A stretch of DNA of 62,010 nucleotides from an uncultured Candidatus Peribacteria bacterium (GCA_964603905.1 CAZRWH010000001.1:3146-65155), one strand, 5' to 3'. Counted from the stretch's first letter, positions 43,933 through 53,103 are shown. The notes: generated from the letters alone by a model not told the origin. Numbers and translations: made by a program.

Positions 43933-44283
43933 TTAAATAAACTTTACGATTACCATTGGTGCTGCGTCTCCAGCTCTCATGCCGGCTTTTACGCTAGTTG
44001 TGTATCCTGACGATCTGTCTGCGTATCGAGTTGCAATCACTTCGATTAGCTTCTTTGCAGCATTCTTGTCGTTTAGGTGTTGGTTTACAGCTCTGATTGA
44101 TAGCATCTTGTCTGTTCCTTTTGCTTTGTTAATCAGTTTGTCCATAAAGCCTTTTAGAAGCTTAGCTCTTGCTTCAGTTGTTTTAATTTGTTCGTGAAGC
44201 ACAAGTGATTCTGCTAGTCCTCTCATTAGTGCTTCCCTTCTGCTCTTTGGGAGCGTCAGTCGTCTTTTTTTCTGGTGCCTCAT
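43933..44283 (-). CDS. rplQ: 50S ribosomal protein L17
   Basis: 116 aa. MRHQKKRR...L..L...I.TT..RAK pattern. Confidence 0.94.
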   Translation of the reverse strand: MRHQKKRRLTLPKSRREALMRGLAESLVLHEQIKTTEARAKLLKGFMDKLINKAKGTDKMLSIRAVNQHLNDKNAAKKLIEVIATRYADRSSGYTTSVKAGMRAGDAAPMVIVKFI

Positions 44284-44328
44284 GATATTAGAATTTGGAA
44301 TTTTGAATTATGAATTTTGAGGGTGGTT
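44284..44328 (-). repeat. family-C G-free leader upstream of rplQ
   Basis: GATATTAGAATTTGGAATTTTGAATTATGAATTTTGAGGGTGGTT, with no C on the plus strand. Confidence 0.6.
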
Positions 44329-45306
44329 TTACTCTTCTTCTGATAGATCTAGGTCTCGTTCTTGAAGTGCTGATCTTACCTCTGTCAGAGCTTTTTTACC
44401 GAATCCTCTTAGGTTGTTCAGTTTAGCCTCTGTGCATTTTGTAAGCTGTTCGATTGAACCGATTCCTCCGTTGATAAGAGAGTTTAGAGTTCTTGGTGAT
44501 AGACCTAGAATCTCAATCGGTGTGTACATCTCTTGAGCAGGTTTTTTCGCTTCTTCTGCGGCGCTTTTCTTAGCGATTGTCTCGAAGTCACTTAGGAACT
44601 CTGCTTCAACAGGTGTGTCAGCTTTGTCGAATAGCGTGAAGTAAGATTCAAGTACGTTTGCAGCGAACTTGATTGCGTCTTCAGGGTCGATTGAACCATT
44701 TGTTTCAATCTCCATGATCAGCTTGTCGAGGTTTGTCATGTTTCCTACACGAGTTGCCTCAACGTCATATTTGATTTTTTTAACGGGTGCGAATACTCTG
44801 TCTACTTCGATTAGTTCAGCGTCTTGTCCTTCTTTTTTGTCTAGAGTTGATGGTTTGTATCCAACTCCTTTTTCAAGAATTACTTCCATCTCTATGTTTC
44901 CTCCTTTGTCTAGAGTTGTGATGTATAGATCTGGATTCAGTATTTTTACGTCGCTTGGAGTTTCGAATTTCTTTGCTGTTACTTCTCCTGCTTTGTTAGC
45001 AGATAGCTTGATGATCGATGGTTCTGTTGTTTCTTTCTTTACGTCCAGTTTCTTTAGATTCAGGATGATGTCCAAAACACTTTCTTTAACCCCTTTCAAG
45101 GTTGCGTACTCGTGTGTTATACCTTTGATTTTTACTCCAGCCACTGCCGATCCTGGTAGTGACGAAAGTAGAACTCTTCTTAGAGCGTTACCTAAAGTCA
45201 TACCATATCCTGATGGTAGTGGGCTCAGAGTGATGACTGCATGAAAGTCATCCTTTTTGTCGATAACGAACTTTGGGAGTCCGATTTCTTCCTGGATAAT
45301 GTGCAT
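44329..45306 (-). CDS. rpoA: DNA-directed RNA polymerase alpha subunit
   Basis: 325 aa. N-terminal dimerisation domain plus a C-terminal domain with LGLSPRTLNSL. Confidence 0.95.
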   Translation of the reverse strand: MHIIQEEIGLPKFVIDKKDDFHAVITLSPLPSGYGMTLGNALRRVLLSSLPGSAVAGVKIKGITHEYATLKGVKESVLDIILNLKKLDVKKETTEPSIIKLSANKAGEVTAKKFETPSDVKILNPDLYITTLDKGGNIEMEVILEKGVGYKPSTLDKKEGQDAELIEVDRVFAPVKKIKYDVEATRVGNMTNLDKLIMEIETNGSIDPEDAIKFAANVLESYFTLFDKADTPVEAEFLSDFETIAKKSAAEEAKKPAQEMYTPIEILGLSPRTLNSLINGGIGSIEQLTKCTEAKLNNLRGFGKKALTEVRSALQERDLDLSEEE

Positions 45307-45353
45307 ATGTGAGAAGAATTAGGGGATGAAGAGGGAATATATAATTTTTAGTT

Positions 45354-45980
45354 TTACTTAGAGTAGAACTCAACGATTAGCTGAGTGTCGATGCTGCTTT
45401 CGCCGTCATCTGCTTCTGGCATGTTGATGATTTCTCCTTTCAGGTTTGAAAGGTCAACGTTTAGCCATTTTGGAGCTTTGAATTTCTTATTCTCTTTCGC
45501 TGGTTTGAATAGCTCGCTTCCTTGGCTTGCTTTTCGTACTTCGATCTTGTCTCCAACTTTTACTTGAATAGATGGGATGTCTACTCGTCGTCCGTTTAGC
45601 TTCACTAGTCCGTGTCCTACAGCTTGTCTTGCTTGGTCTCTTGATTCTGTAAATCCAGCTCTGTAAACAACGTTGTCTAGTCTGACTTCTAGTTGTTTTA
45701 GAAGTTCTCCACCTGTAGGTCCGTCTTTGCGGTCAGCTACAGAATAGTATTTCTTGAACTGTTTTTCTCCGATTCCGTAAATTCTTCGTGCTTTTTGTTT
45801 AGCTCGAAGCTGTTTTGCGTATTCAGATTGTTTCTTGAAAGTGTTTTTACCTACTTGTCCTGGAGCGTAATTTCTTCGAGTGATTGCGCATTTTTGTCCT
45901 TCGCATCGTGCACCTTTCAGAAAGAGTTTTTCTCCTTCTCGTCGGCATAGTTTGCATTTTGGACCTGTGTATCTTGACAT
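45354..45980 (-). CDS. rpsD: 30S ribosomal protein S4
   Basis: 208 aa. MSRYTGPKCKLCRREG Zn-type N-terminus and an S4 RNA-binding domain. Confidence 0.95.
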   Translation of the reverse strand: MSRYTGPKCKLCRREGEKLFLKGARCEGQKCAITRRNYAPGQVGKNTFKKQSEYAKQLRAKQKARRIYGIGEKQFKKYYSVADRKDGPTGGELLKQLEVRLDNVVYRAGFTESRDQARQAVGHGLVKLNGRRVDIPSIQVKVGDKIEVRKASQGSELFKPAKENKKFKAPKWLNVDLSNLKGEIINMPEADDGESSIDTQLIVEFYSK

Positions 45981-46021
45981 GATTATGTAGAATTTAGAAT
46001 TTCGTATTTAGATTATTAGCT
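45981..46021 (-). repeat. family-C-like leader upstream of rpsD
   Basis: GATTATGTAGAATTTAGAATTTCGTATTTAGATTATTAGC. Confidence 0.5.
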
Positions 46022-46396
46022 CTAGACTTTTCTTGGACGTGGTTTTCGGCATCCGTTGTGTGGGATTGGTGTTTTGTCGTAGATTGATTCGATATCTAGA
46101 CCATTTGCAACCAATGCTCTGATTGCTTGCTCTCTTCCTGTTCCTACTCCCTTAACAAAAACGTCTACTTTCTCAAGTCCGAATAGTTTTGCTTTTGTTA
46201 CTGCGTTTTCTGCAGCTACTTGAGCTGCGTAAGGTGTAGATTTTTTAGAACCTTTGAAGCCATTAGCTCCTGCGCTACTCCATGCGATCACGTCGCCGCT
46301 TTCGTCTGTGATTGTCACAATTGTGTTGTTGTAACTAGCGCTGATATATACTTGTCCTTTTGTTATACTTCTTCGTTTTTTAGTTGAAGTTGCCAT
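46022..46396 (-). CDS. rpsK: 30S ribosomal protein S11
   Basis: 124 aa. ...[14 protein letters not shown]... motif. Confidence 0.95.
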   Translation of the reverse strand: MATSTKKRRSITKGQVYISASYNNTIVTITDESGDVIAWSSAGANGFKGSKKSTPYAAQVAAENAVTKAKLFGLEKVDVFVKGVGTGREQAIRALVANGLDIESIYDKTPIPHNGCRKPRPRKV

Positions 46397-46428
46397 TATT
46401 ACTTAGTTAGTAGTGAGTGATGAGTAGT
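46397..46428 (-). repeat. family-B G-free leader upstream of rpsK
   Basis: TATTACTTAGTTAGTAGTGAGTGATGAGTAGT. Confidence 0.6.
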
Positions 46429-46809
46429 TTATTTCTTAGTTTCTTTTCTTCGTCCGCTTCCCATGGTTACTTTCTTTCCACGTCTTGTTCGTGCATTTGT
46501 CTTAGTCTTTTGTCCTCTTGATGGAAGTCTTCTTCTGTGTCGGTAGCCTCTATAAGATCCAGCGTCTTGTAGACGTTTCACGTCTAGAGCAACCTTTCTT
46601 CGAAGGTCTCCTTCTGTAGTTAGTTTGTCGATACGTTCTCTTAGCTTTGCAACATCTCCTTCTGAAAGTGCGTGCACTTTCGTGTTTCCGTTGATGTTTA
46701 GATCAGTCAAGATTTCTTGACTTACGCTTTTGCCGATACCGTGGATGTAGGTAAGGGCGATAACGATTCTTTTATCTTTGGGCAAATTTACGCCGCAAAT
46801 ACGCGCCAT
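46429..46809 (-). CDS. rpsM: 30S ribosomal protein S13
   Basis: 126 aa. [10 protein letters not shown]...YIHGIG motif. Confidence 0.95.
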   Translation of the reverse strand: MARICGVNLPKDKRIVIALTYIHGIGKSVSQEILTDLNINGNTKVHALSEGDVAKLRERIDKLTTEGDLRRKVALDVKRLQDAGSYRGYRHRRRLPSRGQKTKTNARTRRGKKVTMGSGRRKETKK

Positions 46810-46826
46810 GGTTAAATTAAGTTAAA

Positions 46827-46940
46827 TTATCCTTGCTTTTGCTTATGCTTAGGGTTCTCGCAGATGACTCTGACGATGTTACATCGCTTGATGATGCGAC
46901 ATTTTTCACACATTTTCTTTACAGATGGTCGTACCTTCAT
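46827..46940 (-). CDS. rpmJ: 50S ribosomal protein L36
   Basis: My own translation gives [37 protein letters not shown] (37 aa). It is too short for the ORF track. Confidence 0.9.
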   Translation of the reverse strand: MKVRPSVKKMCEKCRIIKRCNIVRVICENPKHKQKQG

Positions 46941-46955
46941 GATTTTGAATGAAAT

Positions 46956-47189
46956 TTATGATTTGTGACGGAAGACGATTCGGCCTTGAGTTAGGTCATA
47001 AGGCGTTAGTTCAACTGTTACCTTGTCTCCAGGTAGGATTCGGATGTAGTTCTTGCGCATCTTACCTGATAGATGGGCTCTGATTGAATGATCCGCAGGG
47101 TAGTTAGGGTCGTCGATTTTAACTTCGAATGTCGTGCTAGGCAGACAAGTTACTACGACTCCTTCAACTTGAATTGTGTCACCACCCAT
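46956..47189 (-). CDS. infA: translation initiation factor IF-1
   Basis: 77 aa. ...[34 protein letters not shown]. Confidence 0.93.
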   Translation of the reverse strand: MGGDTIQVEGVVVTCLPSTTFEVKIDDPNYPADHSIRAHLSGKMRKNYIRILPGDKVTVELTPYDLTQGRIVFRHKS

Positions 47190-47299
47190 GGGAAATTTTT
47201 TATACGTCTAACCTGTAAAACAGGGCTCTGGTATACAGAGCTCTTGGATTTTATAGGAAGAGAGTCCCTATTGCAAGCCCTTTTTCGGCTTTTTTCAGA

Positions 47300-48058
47300 T
47301 TAGCTTGACAGGCTTAGTATTTCGTTGCCTAGTGGCGTTATTGCGATCGTATGTTCGACTTGTATTGCCAGAGAGGAGTCTGCGGTTATTATGGTCCATT
47401 TATCTGCTAATGTTTTCGTCTTTCTGGTTCCGACTGCGATTATTGGTTCAATTGCGAATGTCATCCCGGGTTTTATGGTAGGGCCGCTTCCTTTTTTGCC
47501 GAAATTGTTGATTGCTGGAGGTTCGTGCAGGTTTCTTCCTACTCCATGACCTGTTAATTCTCTGATTATATGGTAGCCGGCTTTATGTACTACTGACTGT
47601 ATTGCGTTCCCGATGTCTCCTATTTTGTTACCTGGTATAGCTGCGTTGATGCCATCTGCTAGTGCTTTTTCTGCTACTTTTAGTAGTCGTGCTGCTTCTG
47701 GATTTTTGTCGTTCCCGCCTACGATATAAGATATTGCTGAGTCTGTGATTAATCCTTTGTGTGTTATTCCACAGTCTATACTTACAAGATCACCTTCTTG
47801 GATAGGCTTGTCGTTTGGAATGGTGTGTACGACCTCATTGTTTACGGAAGAGCATATAGCTCCAGGAAAACCATGATATCCCAGGAATGAGGGCGTGACG
47901 TTGTGTTTTTCGCAATATTTTCTGGCTATATCATCAAGTTGCCTGGTTGTTGTTCCAACCTTGGTGGCTTTTTTGATTTTTTGAAGAAGCGTGCCTAAAA
48001 GTTTTCCTCCTTCACGCATTGCTTGAAGTTCTGCCTCAGTTTTGATGATAATCGCCAT
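47300..48058 (-). CDS. map: methionine aminopeptidase type I
   Basis: 252 aa with metal ligands in DCG..H...TD, HGVG and EP contexts. Confidence 0.94.
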   Translation of the reverse strand: MAIIIKTEAELQAMREGGKLLGTLLQKIKKATKVGTTTRQLDDIARKYCEKHNVTPSFLGYHGFPGAICSSVNNEVVHTIPNDKPIQEGDLVSIDCGITHKGLITDSAISYIVGGNDKNPEAARLLKVAEKALADGINAAIPGNKIGDIGNAIQSVVHKAGYHIIRELTGHGVGRNLHEPPAINNFGKKGSGPTIKPGMTFAIEPIIAVGTRKTKTLADKWTIITADSSLAIQVEHTIAITPLGNEILSLSS

Positions 48059-48693
48059 TAAAATAGATGTTTTATAGCTTCCTTTAGTTCTTTATCTACG
48101 TTTTCTATGTCTTGTGCGCCGTTTATTTTGATCATTTTGCCTTCTGATGCATATTTGTCGATTACTGGCATCGTTTCGTTTGTGTAAGCATGGATTCTTG
48201 TTGCGATGGCATCTGCGTTGTCATCTTTTCTTACTACAAGTTCTCCTCCACATTTTTCACACTTTTCCTCTGTGTATTTAGCTGGGTAAACCTCTTTGCA
48301 ATTGCCGCATATTCGTCGAGTTGTGAGTCTTTGCATTGCAACCTCTTCAGAGATTTCTATCAAAACTCCTGTAAATTCTCTGCCCATTTTTACCATTAAT
48401 GCATCGAATGTTTCTGACTGTTCCATCTTTCTTGGAATTCCATCAAAAAGTACATTTGTACCTTCCGGTAGATTTGCCATGAAATCTTCGATTATCTCCA
48501 TTACGATTTCATTTGAAACTAGTGCTCCAGCTTCAATGATGGACTTAACTTTTTTCCCTAGCTCTGAATCTTCTTGAGCAAGCTTTCTAAGTGCAGCTCC
48601 TGTTTCAAAAATTTGTAGGTTGTACTCTTTGGAAATAAGTTTCCCTTGAGTTCCTTTACCCGAGCCTTGCATTCCAAATAGTACTAAGTCCAT
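48058..48693 (-). CDS. adk: adenylate kinase (Zn-lid type)
   Basis: 211 aa. GMQGSGKGTQ P-loop and a CGNC...CEKCGG lid. Its stop overlaps the map ATG by 1 nt. Confidence 0.94.
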   Translation of the reverse strand: MDLVLFGMQGSGKGTQGKLISKEYNLQIFETGAALRKLAQEDSELGKKVKSIIEAGALVSNEIVMEIIEDFMANLPEGTNVLFDGIPRKMEQSETFDALMVKMGREFTGVLIEISEEVAMQRLTTRRICGNCKEVYPAKYTEEKCEKCGGELVVRKDDNADAIATRIHAYTNETMPVIDKYASEGKMIKINGAQDIENVDKELKEAIKHLF

Positions 48694-48704
48694 TTTTAGT
48701 TTTG

Positions 48705-48746
48705 ATTATGAAATAAAATAAAAGGTGTTTCATCGAAACACCTTTT
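48705..48746 (-). terminator. terminator-like hairpin between secY and adk
   Basis: AAAGGTGTTTC-GAT-GAAACACCTTT followed by TATTTTATTTC on the minus strand. Confidence 0.5.
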
Positions 48747-48785
48747 AGCATGTAATTAACTTAGCTTCAACTAAGAAATGACTTT

Positions 48786-50084
48786 TTAATAGAATTTCTC
48801 GTAATTGTGCATGATCAGTTGAGAGTTAACTTGTCTAATTAGCTCAAGTACAACTCCTACAACGATAATCATTCCCGCTCCACTAATTAGCATTGGCACA
48901 GATCCTCCACTTGTTCCAGAAAGCATTTGTTGCATCAGGATAGGGGATACAGCGATGAATGCTAGGAATGTTCCACCGAAAAGATTTAGCCTGTCTGACA
49001 CCTTTGCAAGATATTCAGCAGTTTGTTTCCCCGGTCGAATTCCTGGGATGAATCCTCCACGTTTTTGAATGCTATCTGCAATTTTAGTAGGGTCAAAAGT
49101 GATTGATACATAGAAGAATGTAAATCCAATGATTAGGAGGAAATATGTAACCATGTATAGAGGCTCTCCAACCATGAATGCTGTTTGCATCCATTCTCCT
49201 AGTGAAACTGTCCATCCTGACTCACCATTTGCCATAAATTGTCCAAGTACAGAAGGGAAGGTGATCATTGAAACTGCGAAGATGATAGGGATCATTCCCG
49301 CTTGATTGATTCTTATTGGTAGTGATGCTTGTTCTCCTTTGTTTGATTTTCTGTGTCCTGCGTATGTAATTGGAATTCTTCTTTGTCCTTCACCTACCAT
49401 TACGATAAGGATAGTTAGGATAACTGTTCCAATTACTCCTGCTACAAAAGAAATTAGCTTTGTAGGATCTTCTGATGCAAGTGCTAGTGATTGACCAGCT
49501 ACTCCTGGTACCGCTGATAGGATACCTGCGAAGATAAGAATTGATATACCGTTAGAGATTCCTTTCTCTGTCATTATTTCACCAAGCCACATCATCAAAA
49601 CTGCTCCAGCTGATATTACTACCATTATAGGAAGTATAACCAATGGATCGTGAATGTTTGTGATTATGTCAGCTTGTGCTTGTGAATTGATAAGCAAGAT
49701 CATTCCGTAAGATTGCAGGAACGCAAGAGGGAAGGTAAGCCATCGTGTGTAAGATGTTATCTTTTGTCTTCCTTGTGCTCCTTCTTTCGAAAGTTGATCT
49801 AGTTTAGGAACGATTACTTGAAGTAGCTGCATGATGATAACAGCGTTGATGTAAGGAGATAGTCCCATCAATACGATTGAGAAATTCCTTGCACTTCCAC
49901 CTGTAAGTAGGCTGAAAGCTCCAAGTATTTTATTCCTGTCGAATACAGCTTGTAACGCTTCAAGATTTACTCCTGGGATAGTTACATGAGCCAGTAAACG
50001 ATAGATTACTATTGCGAATAAAGTGAATAGGATTTTTTGTCTAAGATCCTTTGCTTGCCAGATTTGGCCGATGTATTTGAACAT
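48786..50084 (-). CDS. secY: preprotein translocase subunit SecY
   Basis: 432 aa, 10-TM pattern, conserved GISNGISILIFAGI. Confidence 0.96.
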   Translation of the reverse strand: MFKYIGQIWQAKDLRQKILFTLFAIVIYRLLAHVTIPGVNLEALQAVFDRNKILGAFSLLTGGSARNFSIVLMGLSPYINAVIIMQLLQVIVPKLDQLSKEGAQGRQKITSYTRWLTFPLAFLQSYGMILLINSQAQADIITNIHDPLVILPIMVVISAGAVLMMWLGEIMTEKGISNGISILIFAGILSAVPGVAGQSLALASEDPTKLISFVAGVIGTVILTILIVMVGEGQRRIPITYAGHRKSNKGEQASLPIRINQAGMIPIIFAVSMITFPSVLGQFMANGESGWTVSLGEWMQTAFMVGEPLYMVTYFLLIIGFTFFYVSITFDPTKIADSIQKRGGFIPGIRPGKQTAEYLAKVSDRLNLFGGTFLAFIAVSPILMQQMLSGTSGGSVPMLISGAGMIIVVGVVLELIRQVNSQLIMHNYEKFY

Positions 50085-50104
50085 TTATTTGTTTAGTTAG
50101 GTGG

Positions 50105-50629
50105 TTAGCCTTTTTTAGAATTTTTAGCGTTCTTTGCTTTTGCTTCTTCTTTTTTCTTAATCAGCACTTCTTTACGTTTTCTGTTTGGATTTCCAAGTGC
50201 TTCTACTGTACCACCTGCTTTCTCTATTTTTGCTTGAGCAGCTTTAGATACGCTTTCAACTGTTATTGTGATTTTTCTTGTGATTTCTCCTTGGCTAAGT
50301 ACTTTCACAGGTTTGTCTGCGTGATCGATTAGACCAGCTTTTTTAAGAGCGTCTTTGTCGAATTTTGCACCTTTGATCTCTTCAAGTTGGCTTAGGTTGA
50401 CAACTTGGTATCGAACTTTGTTCGGGTTTTTGAAACCTTTTAGCTTTGGCATTTTTCGGATCAGAGGTGTTTGTCCTCCTTCGAATCCTGGCCTTCTTTT
50501 TCCTCCACTTCTAGAAGATTGTCCGTTCATTCCTCTTCCTGAGTAGGTTCCTCGTTGAGACCCATTGCCGCGACCAACTCTTTTTTTGGTCTTTTGTGTA
50601 GCCGGCTTTTTAAGTGTGTTTAGTGCCAT
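50105..50629 (-). CDS. rplO: 50S ribosomal protein L15 (with K-rich C-terminal tail)
   Basis: 174 aa. GRGNGSQRGTYSGRG...GGQTPL motif. Confidence 0.94.
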   Translation of the reverse strand: MALNTLKKPATQKTKKRVGRGNGSQRGTYSGRGMNGQSSRSGGKRRPGFEGGQTPLIRKMPKLKGFKNPNKVRYQVVNLSQLEEIKGAKFDKDALKKAGLIDHADKPVKVLSQGEITRKITITVESVSKAAQAKIEKAGGTVEALGNPNRKRKEVLIKKKEEAKAKNAKNSKKG

Positions 50630-50669
50630 ATTAGGTAGTTGTAATTATTAGTGGTAGTTGTAGTACTAA
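50630..50669 (-). repeat. family-A G-free leader filling the rpsE-rplO spacer (no rpmD)
   Basis: ATTAGGTAGTTGTAATTATTAGTGGTAGTTGTAGTACTAA. The 40-nt gap leaves no room for L30. Confidence 0.65.
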
Positions 50670-51347
50670 TTAATTTTTAGTAGTAGCTTTTTCTTCTTTT
50701 TTAGTTGCTTTTGGAGCTGCTTTTTTTGCAGCAGGTTTCTTTGTCTCTTCTTTCTTCTCTGCTTTTTTTGGTGCGGCTTTCTTTGGTGCCGGCTTTGCAG
50801 CAGGTTTTTTCTCTGTCTTTGTTGGAGCTGCTTTCTTTGCTTCCTCCTCTTTTACCTTCTTATTTGGATCTTCTTTGTATCGTAGTTTTGATAGTGCTTC
50901 GTGAACTGCTTTTACACAGTTTAGTTTGTTGTTTGAACCTAGTGATTTACTTAGGATGTTGTGAATTCCTGCTAGTTCAACAACTTTCCTTACAGGTCCT
51001 CCAGCAATAATACCAGTACCTGGTCCCGCAGGGATTAGTAGAACCTCTGCACTTTTGAATTTGTGTTGGATTCTGTGAGGGATTGTGTCTCCGTATAGGT
51101 TTACCGTGATAAGGTTTCTTTTAGCTTTAGCTACCGCTTTTTTAATTGCTCCTTGTACCTCTACAGATTTTCCAGCTCCTACTCCTACTTTTCCTTTTCT
51201 GTTTCCGATTACTACTGTTGCTCGGAATCGTAGCCTTCGACCACCTTTAACTACACGTGTTACACGGTCGATTTGTATTACTTCTTCGTCGAACTCTTTT
51301 GGTTCTGCTTTGCGTCCTCGTCTTTTGTTGAAAGGTTTTTTAGCCAT
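50670..51347 (-). CDS. rpsE: 30S ribosomal protein S5 with K/A/P-rich tail of about 60 aa
   Basis: 225 aa. S5 core (RVTRVVKGGRRLRF..) followed by AKKAAPTKTEKKPAAKPAPKKAAPKK... Confidence 0.94.
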   Translation of the reverse strand: MAKKPFNKRRGRKAEPKEFDEEVIQIDRVTRVVKGGRRLRFRATVVIGNRKGKVGVGAGKSVEVQGAIKKAVAKAKRNLITVNLYGDTIPHRIQHKFKSAEVLLIPAGPGTGIIAGGPVRKVVELAGIHNILSKSLGSNNKLNCVKAVHEALSKLRYKEDPNKKVKEEEAKKAAPTKTEKKPAAKPAPKKAAPKKAEKKEETKKPAAKKAAPKATKKEEKATTKN

Positions 51348-51445
51348 TTATAGTTTGAATTTAGAATTTAATATTTGATGATTGATTGTGGAGCTCTTCG
51401 AGCAAGTTATTGATGCCGCTAGGACCGCCTTGCTTCCTTGCGGTG
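51348..51445 (-). repeat. family-C-like leader plus 10-bp hairpin (51418-51449) upstream of rpsE
   Basis: TTTATAGTTTGAATTTAGAATTTAATATTTGATG. The hairpin is CTAGGACCGC...GCGGTGCTAG. Confidence 0.5.
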
Positions 51446-51790
51446 CTAGAATTTTAGGCCACTTTCTCGTGCGCCTTCGGCAATCGCTTTTACGCGACCG
51501 TGGTATTTGTATCCGTTTCTGTCGAATACGCATTCTTTGATTCCTTGGTCTACTGCTAGTTTCCCGATTTCAAGTCCAATTTGTTTTGCTTTTTCGATCT
51601 TTGTTCCTTCTTTTATCTTCAAGTCTGAAGCTGCACATAGCGTTACTCCCTTAGAATCGTCGATTAGTTGTACGTAATTAGCGTTTAGGCTTCGAAATAC
51701 GATTAGACGTGGCCTTTTCGATGTTCCAGACAGTTTGGCTCGAATTTTGCCGTGTCGTTTAAGTCGTTTAGTTGTTTTTTCTGAAGTCAT
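51446..51790 (-). CDS. rplR: 50S ribosomal protein L18
   Basis: 114 aa. ...RPRLIVFRSLNANYVQLIDD... motif. Confidence 0.94.
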   Translation of the reverse strand: MTSEKTTKRLKRHGKIRAKLSGTSKRPRLIVFRSLNANYVQLIDDSKGVTLCAASDLKIKEGTKIEKAKQIGLEIGKLAVDQGIKECVFDRNGYKYHGRVKAIAEGARESGLKF

Positions 51791-51817
51791 TTCTTAAATA
51801 TGGTTATTTTTAATGGT

Positions 51818-52366
51818 TTAGCTTGCCGCTGTTTTACCTGCTTTTCTTCTTACATATTCTCCTTGGTATCGGATTCCTTTCCCTTTGTAAGGTTCCGGTT
51901 TCTTGTATCCTCGGATGATTGATGCAACGTGTCCTACAACCTCTTTGTCGATTCCTTTTACTGAAAGAATGTTTTTCTTGTCCTGGTCGATTTCGATTTC
52001 AATTCCTGCTGGTGGTGTGTATTCAACTGGATGAGAGAATCCTAGGTTGAGTACAAGTTTTTTACCTTGCATTTGAGCTCTGTAACCAACTCCTATGATC
52101 TCTAGTTTCTTTTCAAACCCTTCAGATACACCTGTTACAAGGTTTTGAAGTAGAGATCTTGTAAGTCCGTGGAGACTTCTAGAGAATTTATCTTCCTCTT
52201 TTCTTGTTACGACGATTTCGTTTTCTGTTATTTCAACGTTCACTTTTTCATGTGGTGTCATCTTTAGTTCACCTTTTGATCCTTTTACTGTTATTTCACC
52301 GTTTGCGTCTTGAGTGACAGTTACGCCATTTGGGATGTTAACGGGTTGTCTTCCTATTCGTGACAT
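51818..52366 (-). CDS. rplF: 50S ribosomal protein L6
   Basis: 182 aa. MSRIGRQPV.IP.GV motif. Confidence 0.95.
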   Translation of the reverse strand: MSRIGRQPVNIPNGVTVTQDANGEITVKGSKGELKMTPHEKVNVEITENEIVVTRKEEDKFSRSLHGLTRSLLQNLVTGVSEGFEKKLEIIGVGYRAQMQGKKLVLNLGFSHPVEYTPPAGIEIEIDQDKKNILSVKGIDKEVVGHVASIIRGYKKPEPYKGKGIRYQGEYVRRKAGKTAAS

Positions 52367-52428
52367 ATTTTAGGTAGTTAGTTGTTGTAGTGGTAGTTGT
52401 AGTAATTGTGCCCTTTGGGCAGATTATT
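52367..52428 (-). repeat. rpsH-rplF cassette: 5-bp hairpin (52409-52421) plus family-A leader (52373-52403)
   Basis: GGTAGTTAGTTGTTGTAGTGGTAGTTGTAGT. The hairpin is TGCCC-TTT-GGGCA. Confidence 0.7.
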
Positions 52429-52812
52429 TTAATAAATTTCACAGATTAGTTCTCCTCCTACTTGGTTTTTTCTAGCTTCTTTGTCGTCCATCAAACCTTT
52501 TGAAGTAGAGATGATTGCCATTCCAAGTCCGTCTAGAACTCTTGGGATATCATTTTTACCTACGTAGATTCTTTGTCCTGGCTTTGAAATCCTTTTTAGG
52601 TTTAGCGTTTCTTGTGTTTCTGGTAATGAAACTTCAAGAGATCTCCATCGTCCGTTTTTAACAACTTTGATATCTGTTACATAACCGTTTTTCTTCATTA
52701 TTTTCAAGATTTCATTCTTCAGGTTCGAGTAAGGGACGTGTAGTGTCTCCTTTGAAGCCATTGAAGCGTTTCGTATTCTTGTTAGTAAATCTGCTATTGG
52801 ATCTGTGTTCAT
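52429..52812 (-). CDS. rpsH: 30S ribosomal protein S8
   Basis: 127 aa. MNTDPIADLLTRIRNA motif. Confidence 0.95.
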   Translation of the reverse strand: MNTDPIADLLTRIRNASMASKETLHVPYSNLKNEILKIMKKNGYVTDIKVVKNGRWRSLEVSLPETQETLNLKRISKPGQRIYVGKNDIPRVLDGLGMAIISTSKGLMDDKEARKNQVGGELICEIY

Positions 52813-52857
52813 ATTATTTAGTGAGTAATGAGTAGTTATTAGTGAGTAGTGTTTGGC
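52813..52857 (-). repeat. family-B G-free leader upstream of rpsH
   Basis: ATTATTTAGTGAGTAATGAGTAGTTATTAGTGAGTAGTGTTTGG. Confidence 0.65.
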
Positions 52858-53082
52858 TTACCAAGATGATTTTCTTACACCCATAATTTCTCCTTTTTGG
52901 GCTAGTTCTCGGAAACAAATTCTACATATTCCGAATCGTCTCATATATCCTTTTGGACGTCCGCATTTTGTACATCTGTTGTATGTTCGTGTCGGCATCT
53001 TTGGTTTTCTGCCAGCTTTAACTGCTCTTGTATGAGCTTTCTTTCTCTTTAGACACTTTGTTATGAGTGATGTTTTAGCCAT
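52858..53082 (-). CDS. rpsN: 30S ribosomal protein S14 (Zn-binding type)
   Basis: 74 aa. [10 protein letters not shown]...CRICFRELA CxxC pairs. Confidence 0.92.
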   Translation of the reverse strand: MAKTSLITKCLKRKKAHTRAVKAGRKPKMPTRTYNRCTKCGRPKGYMRRFGICRICFRELAQKGEIMGVRKSSW

Positions 53083-53103
53083 TTGTAATTAGTTTGTAGT
53101 AAA

